Origin: a virus
Lineage: Duplodnaviria; Caudoviricetes
Reading direction: 5' to 3' (one strand)
IMG/VR virus record: IMGVR_UViG_3300048597_000042
Location: 1 to 61,902 of that record
Length of the DNA: 61,902 nt
Position numbers and translations under genes: made by a program. This document shows, piece after piece, positions 10,609 through 20,474 of this stretch; position 1 is the first letter of the stretch; every line of letters begins with the position of its first letter. The notes under the pieces were generated by a model. That model was not told where the DNA came from. It saw only the letters and a list, made by a program, of their open reading frames with translations, and did no database searches.

Positions 10609-11805
10609 TCACTGATACATAGCAAGAGCTGCGCGAACTTTAGGTATGTAGTTTCTAGTTTCTTCGTTCAAAAGCTCTGGCATAAGCCTACCGTTATTGC
10701 TTTGCAGATGCCGCATAGTAGCAGCCGGACCCATGTTATACGCCGCTAGAGCAGTATCTAAGTCGCCGCCGAACTTTTGCAGCATGGCATTTAAGTACGC
10801 CATTCCGTACTCTTGGTTTATGACGGGATCACGTAGAAGAGCAGTTGCTGTTGCCATATCCCGAGACGGAACTTGTACTCCAAGGCTTTCTGCAAAAGTG
10901 AATATGTCGGGTAGCTGATACCCTGGGTCCATAGCCGTGCTAGGCAATATCTGCATCATACCTACTGCGCCTTTCTGACTCACCGCATTCGGGTTTCCGG
11001 CGCTTTCGACTTTAGTTATAGCTTGCCTAAGCATTTCAGGAGTGAAGTTTTCTATAGAAGCGTTAGGCTGAATTTTAAACGCACTTACATCATCCATAGT
11101 TAACTCTGGCCCACGCGGTTGGCCCACAGCGCTGCTAAGTCTGGCCATGTCAGCATTTGTGGCTGGCGTCACAGGTGCCGCAGGTGCCGCAGGTGCCGGC
11201 ATAGAGCCAGCGCTGTTACCAAGCATAGATTGCATCAAACTAGGTATTCCGGCACTGCCGGAAGCCGCCGAGTTAATGCGTGCTCCAGTCAGAGCGCGCT
11301 GCATCGCCATTTCTTGAATTACTGGATTGCTCATATTAAGCTCGTCATACCGAACAAGAGTCGGCATACCGTCGCTTCCAGTAATTACAAGGCCGTCAGG
11401 ATTCGGCGTGGCCTGCATACCCCGCGCACTAAAGAAATCTACAAGCCCTTGAAAAGAGCCTGTAGTCGCGCTCTCTCGCAAAGCGTAGTTAAGCTGGCTA
11501 TCAAGGTTTTGAAGCTCTGTATTTTGCAAAGAGCTTTCAGCCATTCGACGTGCCGGCGCGCCTTGTGGGAGCGCACTATCTTCGCCCATGCGCCAGCGTT
11601 CAAGTGCGTCTTGGTTTAAAGCAGCGTTTACTCTAAGTGGGTTTATCTGACTGTTATAGTCGTAAGACTGCTGAGTGATAGCCCTATTAAGTTCTGCTGT
11701 GCGCAGATCAGATTTTAACCGCTTGTCGCGATCTAGCATGTCATCCGCCATAGCGTACCCACTGAGGTAGCTGCTCACGGGATTTGCGTATATATTGCGG
11801 CTCAT
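10609..11805 (-). CDS. internal virion protein with C-terminal lytic transglycosylase (SLT) domain
   Basis: KVESAGNPNAVSQKGAVGMMQI and ALAAYNMG...ETRNY motifs. Confidence 0.92.
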   Translation of the reverse strand: MSRNIYANPVSSYLSGYAMADDMLDRDKRLKSDLRTAELNRAITQQSYDYNSQINPLRVNAALNQDALERWRMGEDSALPQGAPARRMAESSLQNTELQNLDSQLNYALRESATTGSFQGLVDFFSARGMQATPNPDGLVITGSDGMPTLVRYDELNMSNPVIQEMAMQRALTGARINSAASGSAGIPSLMQSMLGNSAGSMPAPAAPAAPVTPATNADMARLSSAVGQPRGPELTMDDVSAFKIQPNASIENFTPEMLRQAITKVESAGNPNAVSQKGAVGMMQILPSTAMDPGYQLPDIFTFAESLGVQVPSRDMATATALLRDPVINQEYGMAYLNAMLQKFGGDLDTALAAYNMGPAATMRHLQSNNGRLMPELLNEETRNYIPKVRAALAMYQ

Positions 11806-12461
11806 GTCGATTCCTCTCGCATACGCCTGTTAAATCCGATAGCCTGCCCGAAACCCGAACGCAAAGCTCGGAACGAATTCTGCACTTGCCTCATGGAGTT
11901 TACCGAACTAGCCGTAGCTTGACCAAAACCCGCCATGGCTTCATTCCCTGCCTGCAATCCAACATTTACAGCAGAAGCCCTTCGCGCTATGCGTCTGATA
12001 TTTTCACGCTCAGCATAAGCATAATTTACTCTGTACGCACCGACATATCCCGTGGCACGAATAAGCATCTGCTGTTTACGGCTTTCAAAGTCTATCCGCC
12101 AGCGGCGTCCGATGTGCCAAGGAGGCAGTTTATCAAGTGCACTTTGCGTTTGCTTTAAAATAGGGGGCAACCCGAAAACTTCGGCGCCTAAGTTCTCGCT
12201 GTAGTTCGGAAGAACTTCAGGTATAGCAAACGCTTCGTTTTTGAAATCGACTTCTTTGTCTTGGTATTTTGCTTTCCAAAAATCAAAGTCGCGTTTGGCA
12301 AGATCGAAATATTCTTTAGCTGTTTGTCTTTGTTTCTGTATAAGTAGAAACTCAGCAGCGCTAGCCGCAACGTAGCCGGCAACATGCAAGCCGCCGAACG
12401 ACGCGCGTTCAGTCGCGTTAAACGGTATTCCATTAGGCGGCAAAGTTTTTTGTAGCTTCAT
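11802..12461 (-). CDS. putative internal virion protein
   Basis: 219 aa, coupled to neighbouring genes in the ejection-protein position. Confidence 0.6.
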   Translation of the reverse strand: MKLQKTLPPNGIPFNATERASFGGLHVAGYVAASAAEFLLIQKQRQTAKEYFDLAKRDFDFWKAKYQDKEVDFKNEAFAIPEVLPNYSENLGAEVFGLPPILKQTQSALDKLPPWHIGRRWRIDFESRKQQMLIRATGYVGAYRVNYAYAERENIRRIARRASAVNVGLQAGNEAMAGFGQATASSVNSMRQVQNSFRALRSGFGQAIGFNRRMREEST

Positions 12462-13156
12462 TACGGCGGCATTCTGTTGACTACTAACGAACTTTTGTTT
12501 GCAATACTTGGGGCTTCTTTTGATACGCGCCCTATTAAATCAGGGTCGAATTTCTTGTCACGGCTTCTGGTGTCTAACCGACGATTGAAGCCAGCTATTG
12601 CGCTAAACTCATCGCTTACAGAGGCTAAAGCATCTGCACTATTACCTATAGTATTGTCCATAAAATCTACGGATATACTCATTCTGTTTCTTACATCTGA
12701 GGCTACGCCTAGACCTATGTTTAGCGCATTGGCCCTGTACTCCCAGCGGCGGTCATCTTCAACCCGAACCCGCTCTTCTTCAAACGCAAATAAGTAGTTA
12801 CCTATGTCCGCGTAGAGTCGGGCTTGCAGCATTACTAGTTCTGAATACTCACTAGCTTGCTCTGGATTAAGCATGTTAGCTGAACCCGGCATTGGACCTA
12901 TAAACGGATTATAGGGTATTCGATTCCGTTGTCCTATGAAGTCAAACGTCGGTGTCGGTAGTGCCCATATGTCATCTACGTAAAGCGTTTCTGCTCCGAG
13001 TTTAAATTGATTGTAATAGTGCGTTTCTTTTTCTTTATACAACTCTGCGTAGTCTTGGGAAATCTCTGCCATGCGTATAGATTCGTTTATGCTTACTACC
13101 GCAGCAAGCCCAGCAGCAAGTTCTATAGCATTGATTATCGTGGCATCGACACCCAT
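12461..13156 (-). CDS. putative internal virion protein
   Basis: 231 aa, coupled; layout resembles 11802-12461 (RR..ALNIGL versus RR..AVNVGL). Confidence 0.6.
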   Translation of the reverse strand: MGVDATIINAIELAAGLAAVVSINESIRMAEISQDYAELYKEKETHYYNQFKLGAETLYVDDIWALPTPTFDFIGQRNRIPYNPFIGPMPGSANMLNPEQASEYSELVMLQARLYADIGNYLFAFEEERVRVEDDRRWEYRANALNIGLGVASDVRNRMSISVDFMDNTIGNSADALASVSDEFSAIAGFNRRLDTRSRDKKFDPDLIGRVSKEAPSIANKSSLVVNRMPP

Positions 13157-13159
13157 AAA

Positions 13160-13651
13160 TCACCCAAAAAGCAGTTTATGCATTTCTTTCTTAGCGTTGA
13201 CGCCGTGGTTTGTAGCTAACGGATAACCGCCAAGTGCGTAAAGTATGACACTGTACACGTCTAGTATAGCTACTTTATTGACCGCAATCAAGCCCTCGGC
13301 CTGCTGATTTTTATTTGGGAAATCAGCATCCATCGTGTGGGCTTCGTTCATTTTCAAGAGCGCATTGGCAAACACAGGACTTACAAGAGCGTTTGCTTTA
13401 CGCCAGAACAAATTATCAGACATCCCACCGCATAGTATATAAAGAAGTGACGCCCGCGTGTTAGCCCGCGTAGGGTCCATGTACGCTTTAGCTATAACAG
13501 ATAACTGCACCCATATTTCGGTGGCGGCAACAGCGTCTGCCATGTATCCGGCGTCTTCGCGTAGTTCCTGCGGCTGCAAGTATTTAGTAGCTATCTCGCG
13601 AGCTTCGGCTACAAAAGTAAGATACTGTACGTTAGGGTCATTGTGCATCAT
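13160..13651 (-). CDS. hypothetical protein
   Basis: 163-aa coupled ORF. Confidence 0.7.
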   Translation of the reverse strand: MMHNDPNVQYLTFVAEAREIATKYLQPQELREDAGYMADAVAATEIWVQLSVIAKAYMDPTRANTRASLLYILCGGMSDNLFWRKANALVSPVFANALLKMNEAHTMDADFPNKNQQAEGLIAVNKVAILDVYSVILYALGGYPLATNHGVNAKKEMHKLLFG

Positions 13652-15485
13652 TGTTATACGATTCCGTAAGTTCTTCTGTGCTAGTTGCTAGATGTATTTC
13701 TTCAACTACAGACTGGCCGCAAAGTTCTATTTCCCATTCAATACCTTTTCTACTTCGCGGCAATCTAAATGGTTTGCTGTGCGAAACTTCGCGGTTGTAG
13801 GCTAAGCGCCCATCTACGTACAAGTTCATAACTAACTGCCCGCTGCCGTCGTGTACAATCTTAGCTGCACTGAAAGCGGTAGGACCCGGCATTACGAATT
13901 TTTTGGACCGCCACTTAAATGTAGATAAAACAGCCGGTCTAGCCATAGCACTAGAAAAGCCGGCGTTCCTGTGCGTTTCGTATACTCCTTCATCAAAAAC
14001 ACAATACACACCGGATGGCTGAGGCAAAGCGCAAAACGGACGTTTTACCGGCGGGCGTGTTACCGCAGGGTGCGTGAACGTAGAGACTTGCCCAAAATCT
14101 ACAGTGTGTTCTTCTTTATTTATCTGTACGCATAGTCCTGTAGTGCTGTTCAATAGTCCAACTATATAGTACCTACCGTCCCAGTAGTACGCGTACTGCG
14201 GCATTTTTCTATAAGAAGGCGTCCAAAGATCGGCACCGAATTCAAACAGCTCGCTGCTAAAAACAGACGCAGCGTTTTGGTTTACTATTACTACTCCAGA
14301 ATAACTAGTGTATATGGCCCCAAAGGGTGTACTACACAGAGTATTTGGAACGCACGGTTGGTCTATGTCTAGCTCAATAAAATCTAACATGGATGAGCTG
14401 CTAGCGCTATCGCTCACGCTTACTATTAGAGGCTTATAAGAAGTGCCTACTATTACGTTGTCTCTATAAGAAACTGCGTCAGTTACGTAGGTTGTAGATA
14501 CTGAAGCTGCTCTGAATCTTTCTAAGTTAGGTAGGTTATGCGGTGACAAAACTATCGCCGCATCTTTAGGCCATACATACTTACTGAATACGCTAGAGAC
14601 TTGGAGCACAGTGTTGTATTGAGTCGAGCCAGTATTTGGATCGACTCGGATAGCCCAATACCTACCGTTGTTTAGTTTTCCTATTGAAGTGAACACTCCC
14701 TTGGGAGCTGCATACTCTGAGCTAGTTATAGCTTTATGCTGTAGGCTTCTATCGCTGTAGCTATCTATAAAAGAGAAGGTTCTTATCCCACTTACAGGTG
14801 CAGATAGCTCCCCCATACTAACTTCTCTAACAAGCAAGAAGTCATTTAAAAGATCGTATTCTACTTGCTCTCCAGTCCGGGGCTTGCTTACAGTCCTATA
14901 CACGTTTATGTAGTTAGCTACAGAAGCTACGTCGTCTCTTATAGCACAAGACAGGGTAAGGATGTCCCCTTCAAAAAACGGCGTGTTTGAACCACCGTTC
15001 TCCACATCTAAAAGCACTGGCGGCGACTCGCCTTGGGCGGTCATTACTGTCAAAGCGTAAGCTCTCACAGTAGGGGTGTTAGTGATAAAAGTCCTAGTCC
15101 TAGTTTCTGAAACTACCGCAGCCCAAGAACTATTAGGCGGTATTGACGCAAAATCGTACACAGGTACAGGCTTAAAGACGTTACCGAAATCGGCTAAATA
15201 CTCGAATATATTGCTACCGTTTACCGATTGGCTAGATAAGCACAGATCGTTGCTTCTAGCGTACGTGTACACAGGGTTGCTACTCGGGCTACCTATGACG
15301 CCAAACAGCGTGTCTCTAAGCCCTACAAAATTGCCCGCTTGAGTTTCAGCCCAGCCGAAACTGGGGCGTAATTTGCCGTCGCGCAGGCGCACATTTTCCG
15401 CAATTTGAGCTTCGTTGTTTTGTAACAACTTCGCGCTGATTTTCGGACGTATACCGCTAAAGCTATTTATGCGGATTGAAGCCAT
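13638..15485 (-). CDS. podoviral tail nozzle/tubular protein B-like
   Basis: N-terminal INSFSGIRPKIS...AENVRL.GKLRP and C-terminal WRSKKF; size and position typical. Confidence 0.72.
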   Translation of the reverse strand: MASIRINSFSGIRPKISAKLLQNNEAQIAENVRLRDGKLRPSFGWAETQAGNFVGLRDTLFGVIGSPSSNPVYTYARSNDLCLSSQSVNGSNIFEYLADFGNVFKPVPVYDFASIPPNSSWAAVVSETRTRTFITNTPTVRAYALTVMTAQGESPPVLLDVENGGSNTPFFEGDILTLSCAIRDDVASVANYINVYRTVSKPRTGEQVEYDLLNDFLLVREVSMGELSAPVSGIRTFSFIDSYSDRSLQHKAITSSEYAAPKGVFTSIGKLNNGRYWAIRVDPNTGSTQYNTVLQVSSVFSKYVWPKDAAIVLSPHNLPNLERFRAASVSTTYVTDAVSYRDNVIVGTSYKPLIVSVSDSASSSSMLDFIELDIDQPCVPNTLCSTPFGAIYTSYSGVVIVNQNAASVFSSELFEFGADLWTPSYRKMPQYAYYWDGRYYIVGLLNSTTGLCVQINKEEHTVDFGQVSTFTHPAVTRPPVKRPFCALPQPSGVYCVFDEGVYETHRNAGFSSAMARPAVLSTFKWRSKKFVMPGPTAFSAAKIVHDGSGQLVMNLYVDGRLAYNREVSHSKPFRLPRSRKGIEWEIELCGQSVVEEIHLATSTEELTESYNNDAQ

Positions 15486-16957
15486 CAGTCTTTAACCAGT
15501 ATATGCGTTAACTGCGCTGTACTTGGAGTAAACCCTGCACCTAGTATCGTATGCCTCAGTTCTATAGTTCGGAGAGGCGATGGGCTTGACGCTATACGGG
15601 CCATCAGAGTATGCGTATTACCCGGAACAATTCGAGTTGAAGTAACTACTGTACCGTCTACAAACACAGCCATACCAAATTCGCCGACTGATGTAGTAGG
15701 CGTGGTGCTGTGGACAACTGTCATAGTGGCTAAAATCAGAAGGCTTTCTCCGGCGTTTACGTTTGTTGCCGTAGAAGCAGCAGTCACAGTATAAGCGCTA
15801 GGGCTTTCGCCTGTAGATGTACCAACAAGTCCGTTTGGGGGCGTAGGTCGCAGAGCGACCAGTGCGGCGTCTAGCCCAGCGGGGGACACCGCGCGAGTGC
15901 TGTCTCCAGCGTCCCTCGTCTCGGGCAAAGTAGGTGCGGCGAGTCGTACCACACCCCACCCGTCCGGGGCCGTAGAAGCGGCTTGCGCGCGCAATGTTAC
16001 GGTGTGTCCGGCTCTCGAAAGACTGATCGAGCCTAGCGTCTGTTGGTCACTGAACAGGGCTAAAGCCATTACTGGCCCGGAGTCCGTGCCGGGAGCGACC
16101 GGCATAGCCGTTATCCGCCCTTGGGCATCAACAGCAAAACCAGCGTAGTTACCAGATACCACACCTGTATTAGTTAAACTTACCACCGGCGTAGATGTAG
16201 GTATGCCAGTAATCGATATGCCAGCCGATCCACTGACAGATAGCACAGTTCCCGGACTACCTACAGTTCCTGTGTAGGATATAACAAAGTTAGGGTAGCT
16301 ACCGCTGACCGCTATGTTAGGACCGCCAGATATGGTAATAGGAGCGAAGTCTATGTTGTATGCTCCCGAAAGCGGATCATACGTAACATTCGCCGCTCCG
16401 CTGCCTGTGATTAACTCTCCTGACTCTAGCGGAGGTGGCTCAGGCGCTGGCGCGTTACCACAGTTAGCTCCAAGGGCACTACGGTCTAGTGCTATGCAAA
16501 AATTAGGAAACGCTCCTAGCACCTGAATAGCTTCTTCGCCTTCACAAGGCGCAATACTTACAGGAGGTGTGGTAACTACAAAATTTCTAGGCGTAGGCTG
16601 CGTGACAGTAGTAGCACCTGCGCCGGCTATAGATAGTGAGTTGTTTACCCCCGCTTGTGTTACTAGATCGAGTACAGCACTTGGGCCTAAGACAGAAACA
16701 AAGCAGTCGTTAGTGTTCCAAGTACGCGCTGTAGTACCGTCAACGCCACGGACTATGGAAGCGTTGTTTCCTGAAACAGCAGTTATGCGCACAACTTCGC
16801 GATACGAGTCTTCAGCAAAAGCCACGTATGTCCATGCTCCGCCGCTTAACTGTGCCGCAAGAAACGCGGCATCCGTAGGCGAGAGTTGCATAGTAGTAGT
16901 TGCTAGGGGTAATGTAGCAACTAGTCTGGCGGAGAACTGAGGTATAAACTTGTACAT
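15485..16957 (-). CDS. tail fibre protein
   Basis: EVVRITAV...IVRGVDGTTAR attachment domain; TGVVSGNY..VDAQGRIT fibre motif. Confidence 0.75.
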   Translation of the reverse strand: MYKFIPQFSARLVATLPLATTTMQLSPTDAAFLAAQLSGGAWTYVAFAEDSYREVVRITAVSGNNASIVRGVDGTTARTWNTNDCFVSVLGPSAVLDLVTQAGVNNSLSIAGAGATTVTQPTPRNFVVTTPPVSIAPCEGEEAIQVLGAFPNFCIALDRSALGANCGNAPAPEPPPLESGELITGSGAANVTYDPLSGAYNIDFAPITISGGPNIAVSGSYPNFVISYTGTVGSPGTVLSVSGSAGISITGIPTSTPVVSLTNTGVVSGNYAGFAVDAQGRITAMPVAPGTDSGPVMALALFSDQQTLGSISLSRAGHTVTLRAQAASTAPDGWGVVRLAAPTLPETRDAGDSTRAVSPAGLDAALVALRPTPPNGLVGTSTGESPSAYTVTAASTATNVNAGESLLILATMTVVHSTTPTTSVGEFGMAVFVDGTVVTSTRIVPGNTHTLMARIASSPSPLRTIELRHTILGAGFTPSTAQLTHILVKD

Positions 16958-17364
16958 TATTCACAGCCCTCGCACAAAGAGGCTTGGTTATTTGCAATAC
17001 TGAACCCTATCGCCTCAAGCGATTCGTCGTAGTCAAACTCAATGTACCCTACTTGCGTCTGGCCCGTAAACACTTTGCCTTGATACCTTCCGTACGGAAG
17101 GTTGTACAAAAGCTCGTCTATCGGAAAACATAGCGTATTGTGGTCTATAGAGTACTGGGAGTATTTAACTATTGGCCCCGCTATACGCGCATTTTCCACC
17201 GTAAACTTATGTACAAATAATGCAGTCTCGTCGTCACTGCAAACGATTGTTTCACAAACTTGCGATGGCCCGTTCTGCGCCGCTTTCACATTACGCACTG
17301 ACAGAGTGACGCACAGCCGCATTGTGCGGCTAGTGATTGTCGGTATTGTAAACTGCCTTATCAC
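16957..17364 (-). CDS. hypothetical virion protein
   Basis: 135-aa coupled ORF. Confidence 0.65.
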   Translation of the reverse strand: MIRQFTIPTITSRTMRLCVTLSVRNVKAAQNGPSQVCETIVCSDDETALFVHKFTVENARIAGPIVKYSQYSIDHNTLCFPIDELLYNLPYGRYQGKVFTGQTQVGYIEFDYDESLEAIGFSIANNQASLCEGCE

Positions 17365-17954
17365 ACAAACCTCGGCGCTTTCATAACCATAGATTTTTCG
17401 CTGCCTTTCTTAAGCTCGCGAGTTCTAGCTAAATTTACCGCAGAACGGAACTCACGGTCCCGCATTACAGCTATGTCTAACGAAGTAAAGATTTGATCCG
17501 GTAGTTTGTGCGCTTCTGCTAAAGCTCCAGCAGCAATGTCTTTTGCGTGGAGTTCATAAAGAGAATCTTCTAACAAAAAACAGTCTTGGTTAGGTACTAC
17601 AATAAGCTCGACTTGCCCATGCTGCTTCGTACCTACGCTTCGTGACAAACGTATGTGGTTAGGTGGGTTAAACTCTATTTTAGGGTTGATGCAATCTTTT
17701 GCAAAAGTAACCCCAACAACTCTGTCTATAACGTATAGACTCGTCGTGTGCACGTTGTAGTCTAAAACGTTGGGTTCTGCGTTTATAGTGGCTATGTCTC
17801 GAAGAACTCCCGTGTCGCGAGTAAAGCGGATAGTAGCCTGACGAACAAACTCGATAGCGAGTTCTTCTGGAAGAGTGTGCGCAAACGGCATCACATACGG
17901 GAGCACATCCGCATACGTTCTAGTCGGAGTGGAAATGTAGACTACAGACTGCAT
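17361..17954 (-). CDS. head-tail adaptor/tubular protein A-like
   Basis: 197 aa; VRQATIRF and IAAGALA pattern; position. Confidence 0.6.
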   Translation of the reverse strand: MQSVVYISTPTRTYADVLPYVMPFAHTLPEELAIEFVRQATIRFTRDTGVLRDIATINAEPNVLDYNVHTTSLYVIDRVVGVTFAKDCINPKIEFNPPNHIRLSRSVGTKQHGQVELIVVPNQDCFLLEDSLYELHAKDIAAGALAEAHKLPDQIFTSLDIAVMRDREFRSAVNLARTRELKKGSEKSMVMKAPRFV

Positions 17955-17955
17955 G

Positions 17956-18663
17956 TTACGCTCTCACCTTCGGGTCGCCCTTTTGTCCAGCGTACCAACC
18001 GCTATTAGCCCTAGACCGTTGCCTGTATTCAGCATCTAGCAGCCCCAAGAAATCGCGCATGTGGCTACGCGCTGCTTCTTTAGAGAGCTGAGACTCTGTG
18101 TTAAGTTCTTCTGCTCGCTTAAGCATGTAGCTTACTATAGGTGCTAAGTACTTAGCATCGAACACAACAGGCAAATCCCAATCAGCAAGACTAAAACCAA
18201 CCACTACTGGACGATGCCGTATCTTTACTGTGGGGGTACTTCCAATAGGAACTGGAGGCCAAACAAAAAACACGTTAGGGTCAGTAGTGTTGTAAGACAC
18301 ACTGCTTACTACATACTCCAACACGTTGCCGTCGCAGTCTAGCCTTTGCGGTATCGGGCAACAAGAGTCTTTCCTGTAGGCAGACGCTAAGACAGCATCT
18401 GCTGTTCTAACTTGTCTTCCATCGCCGCCGTCGATAATAGTGACAAACTCACCTAACTCTGGAGGGAGTTGCTGAAGGCGTCCGGGCACTAGCTGAAAAG
18501 AAGAAACGACGCTAATCGCGTCTGGACGAAGGCTCGCCAAGGCGGATATAGCGTCGTTGTAATAGTTTACAAGAAGTTGTCTAGACCACCGGGCATATTC
18601 ATACCCCGGCTCTTGGTCATTAAGCTGCTCCGAAACGTACTTTACCAATTCGCGAAGTAGCAC
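17956..18663 (-). CDS. head-tail connector/adaptor-like protein (DUF6682-like)
   Basis: QLND....RWS...LVNYYNDA....RPDA...LVPG..Q.LP...FFVWPP pattern. Confidence 0.68.
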   Translation of the reverse strand: MLLRELVKYVSEQLNDQEPGYEYARWSRQLLVNYYNDAISALASLRPDAISVVSSFQLVPGRLQQLPPELGEFVTIIDGGDGRQVRTADAVLASAYRKDSCCPIPQRLDCDGNVLEYVVSSVSYNTTDPNVFFVWPPVPIGSTPTVKIRHRPVVVGFSLADWDLPVVFDAKYLAPIVSYMLKRAEELNTESQLSKEAARSHMRDFLGLLDAEYRQRSRANSGWYAGQKGDPKVRA

Positions 18664-18681
18664 GTCGGGTTCCCATAGTTG

Positions 18682-18900
18682 TTATTCGAGTGGAGGCAGT
18701 TTGATTGTAGTAGTAGGAGGCCGTTTTATTTCATTGAGGTTTTGCGGCTTTTGGTCCACAGAAATCTCGACTTTTGCAACATCGGAACCGTCGTGAACAA
18801 AAGCCACTATTCCCGGCCTGTTTAGAAGAGCTGGAGTGGCTTGGTAAATCAAGCCACTCGCAAGCACCTTAACGTACTGGACGCCTTTAACAAGTTTCAT
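18682..18900 (-). CDS. hypothetical virion-module protein
   Basis: ATG 1 nt after the upstream stop codon. Confidence 0.65.
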   Translation of the reverse strand: MKLVKGVQYVKVLASGLIYQATPALLNRPGIVAFVHDGSDVAKVEISVDQKPQNLNEIKRPPTTTIKLPPLE

Positions 18901-18901
18901 C

Positions 18902-19507
18902 TTACGGACCACCCGCCAGCGGCGCAATTATGATCGGCGATATGCGTATGCGAGTGTCTTTAGTGAAAGCCCCGCCGAACTCGTTAGTGCCATTGCGTGC
19001 TGTAATACGCAAATCAAGAACGTTAGCAACAGGGAAATACTTAGGGCAGCAGCCCGTATCAGCATAGTCTGTCGATTGCGTCGCGTCTAAGATAGAACCG
19101 TCAGACGTTACAACAAATGACGTAGGCGTAGCTAAACTAAATGCATTTTGCTCGAACTGAGGCTGGCTTGCACTGGTGTTCCGAATGCGCAAAACGCCAG
19201 TAGCGCCGGGAGTGCCGCCAAGGATATCAACGTGGATAGCGTAAAGCAGCGTCTTTTCAGGAATAACGACCACACCTAGGTCGTCGTTGACAGCAACAGT
19301 CCGACTGGCGAAATATTGTCGAAGACTAACGCCGCCTTCTCGCTCTTTGTCGAAATGGAAATCTCGACTAAGACTAAACATAACGCTGCCACGATGGCCC
19401 GCCACCGCCGACTTAACGGCGGGGTTGAATGCGGGCATTGGGAACATTTGCCCAACTGGGTTAGTCGTGTTAGCGGGACCGCCAACGTAAAGCTCATGAA
19501 TTGCCAT
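18902..19507 (-). CDS. putative capsid decoration/minor capsid protein
   Basis: Directly follows the major capsid gene; strong AGGAG RBS; beta-rich. Confidence 0.6.
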   Translation of the reverse strand: MAIHELYVGGPANTTNPVGQMFPMPAFNPAVKSAVAGHRGSVMFSLSRDFHFDKEREGGVSLRQYFASRTVAVNDDLGVVVIPEKTLLYAIHVDILGGTPGATGVLRIRNTSASQPQFEQNAFSLATPTSFVVTSDGSILDATQSTDYADTGCCPKYFPVANVLDLRITARNGTNEFGGAFTKDTRIRISPIIIAPLAGGP

Positions 19508-19535
19508 ATTACTTTCTCCTAGTAGTTAGGTTCTA

Positions 19536-20462
19536 TTAGCCTGCGGTAACGTAGGCAACGGCGAGCCGCTCAGGGTAAAGAACCTTAGTGCCCCACAAAG
19601 CGAGACCTTGGAACAAAACGCCGAAGTAGTCTGCACTAGTGGCGTCACGAGTCTTATCTAGCTGAGCCGTAAACCCAGTAGCCGACTTAGAGCCAGCAAT
19701 GATCCACCAAGCCTGTTGGTTGACGCCTACATCCAAAACAGTCGGAACGTGGTTAGAGACGTAGACCTCAAAACCAGCGACCTTTGGTGGGGTGTAGCCT
19801 TCGATGAGCGGAGACCAAGTGGTGCAGGTCGTAAAGCAGTTCGCCAATTCCGAAGTCATCAAAAGCAACTCGATTCGAGGCGGAACGATTACGAAAAGAT
19901 CGTCTTCAGGGATACAGGCTTCCTTAAGCACCATCTTCATAGACAGCAGCAGATTGAGGATGTTTTCGCTGTCCAGTGGGAACGGCGACCCCGTTTCTCC
20001 GAGGTTGTACGCACCAGTACGCGAACCTGCGTTAGGGCCTTGGTTCTCCGGAGCGACCTCAGTAAACTGGGTTCCCATAACCTGCTCGTCGATGGTAACA
20101 CCAATCTTATAAGCCGCACGACGGAAGATTGTGTCCTGCAACTGCGAAGAGTTGCAGATTTGCTTCATGTCTACATCGTCCATCTTGACCGAGAAGTAGT
20201 AACTCTGGTCAATGTTCATGGTGACAGTAGACGTATCCGGCGTAGTATGCTCAAGCTGCTGATTCTTGACATACGGACGGATTTCAACGTCTGGCTCTTT
20301 TCGGAATATAGCCTGCGTACCGCAGTTGCTAAGTTCCGCGCGAGTCTCCGAAATATTCGGATAGATAGTAGCGCAGTAAGTCAAGTCGAGAAACTTATCG
20401 ACGTAGACTGGATCGGTAAAAACGTTAGTTAATTGCGGATAACCACTTGCTGCGGGGATCAT
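19536..20462 (-). CDS. major capsid protein (HK97 fold, P22-coat-like)
   Basis: 308 aa after the scaffold; IDQSYYFSVKMDDVD, VAGFEVYVSN and GLALWGTKVLYPE motifs; AAGGA RBS. Confidence 0.85.
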   Translation of the reverse strand: MIPAASGYPQLTNVFTDPVYVDKFLDLTYCATIYPNISETRAELSNCGTQAIFRKEPDVEIRPYVKNQQLEHTTPDTSTVTMNIDQSYYFSVKMDDVDMKQICNSSQLQDTIFRRAAYKIGVTIDEQVMGTQFTEVAPENQGPNAGSRTGAYNLGETGSPFPLDSENILNLLLSMKMVLKEACIPEDDLFVIVPPRIELLLMTSELANCFTTCTTWSPLIEGYTPPKVAGFEVYVSNHVPTVLDVGVNQQAWWIIAGSKSATGFTAQLDKTRDATSADYFGVLFQGLALWGTKVLYPERLAVAYVTAG

Positions 20463-20474
20463 AGACAGGTTCCT

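Noticed and set aside
10590-10625. Programmed frameshift or readthrough joining the SLT protein to the next ORF
   Set aside because: There is no slippery sequence, in-frame readthrough hits another stop quickly, and an independent ATG exists at 10601.
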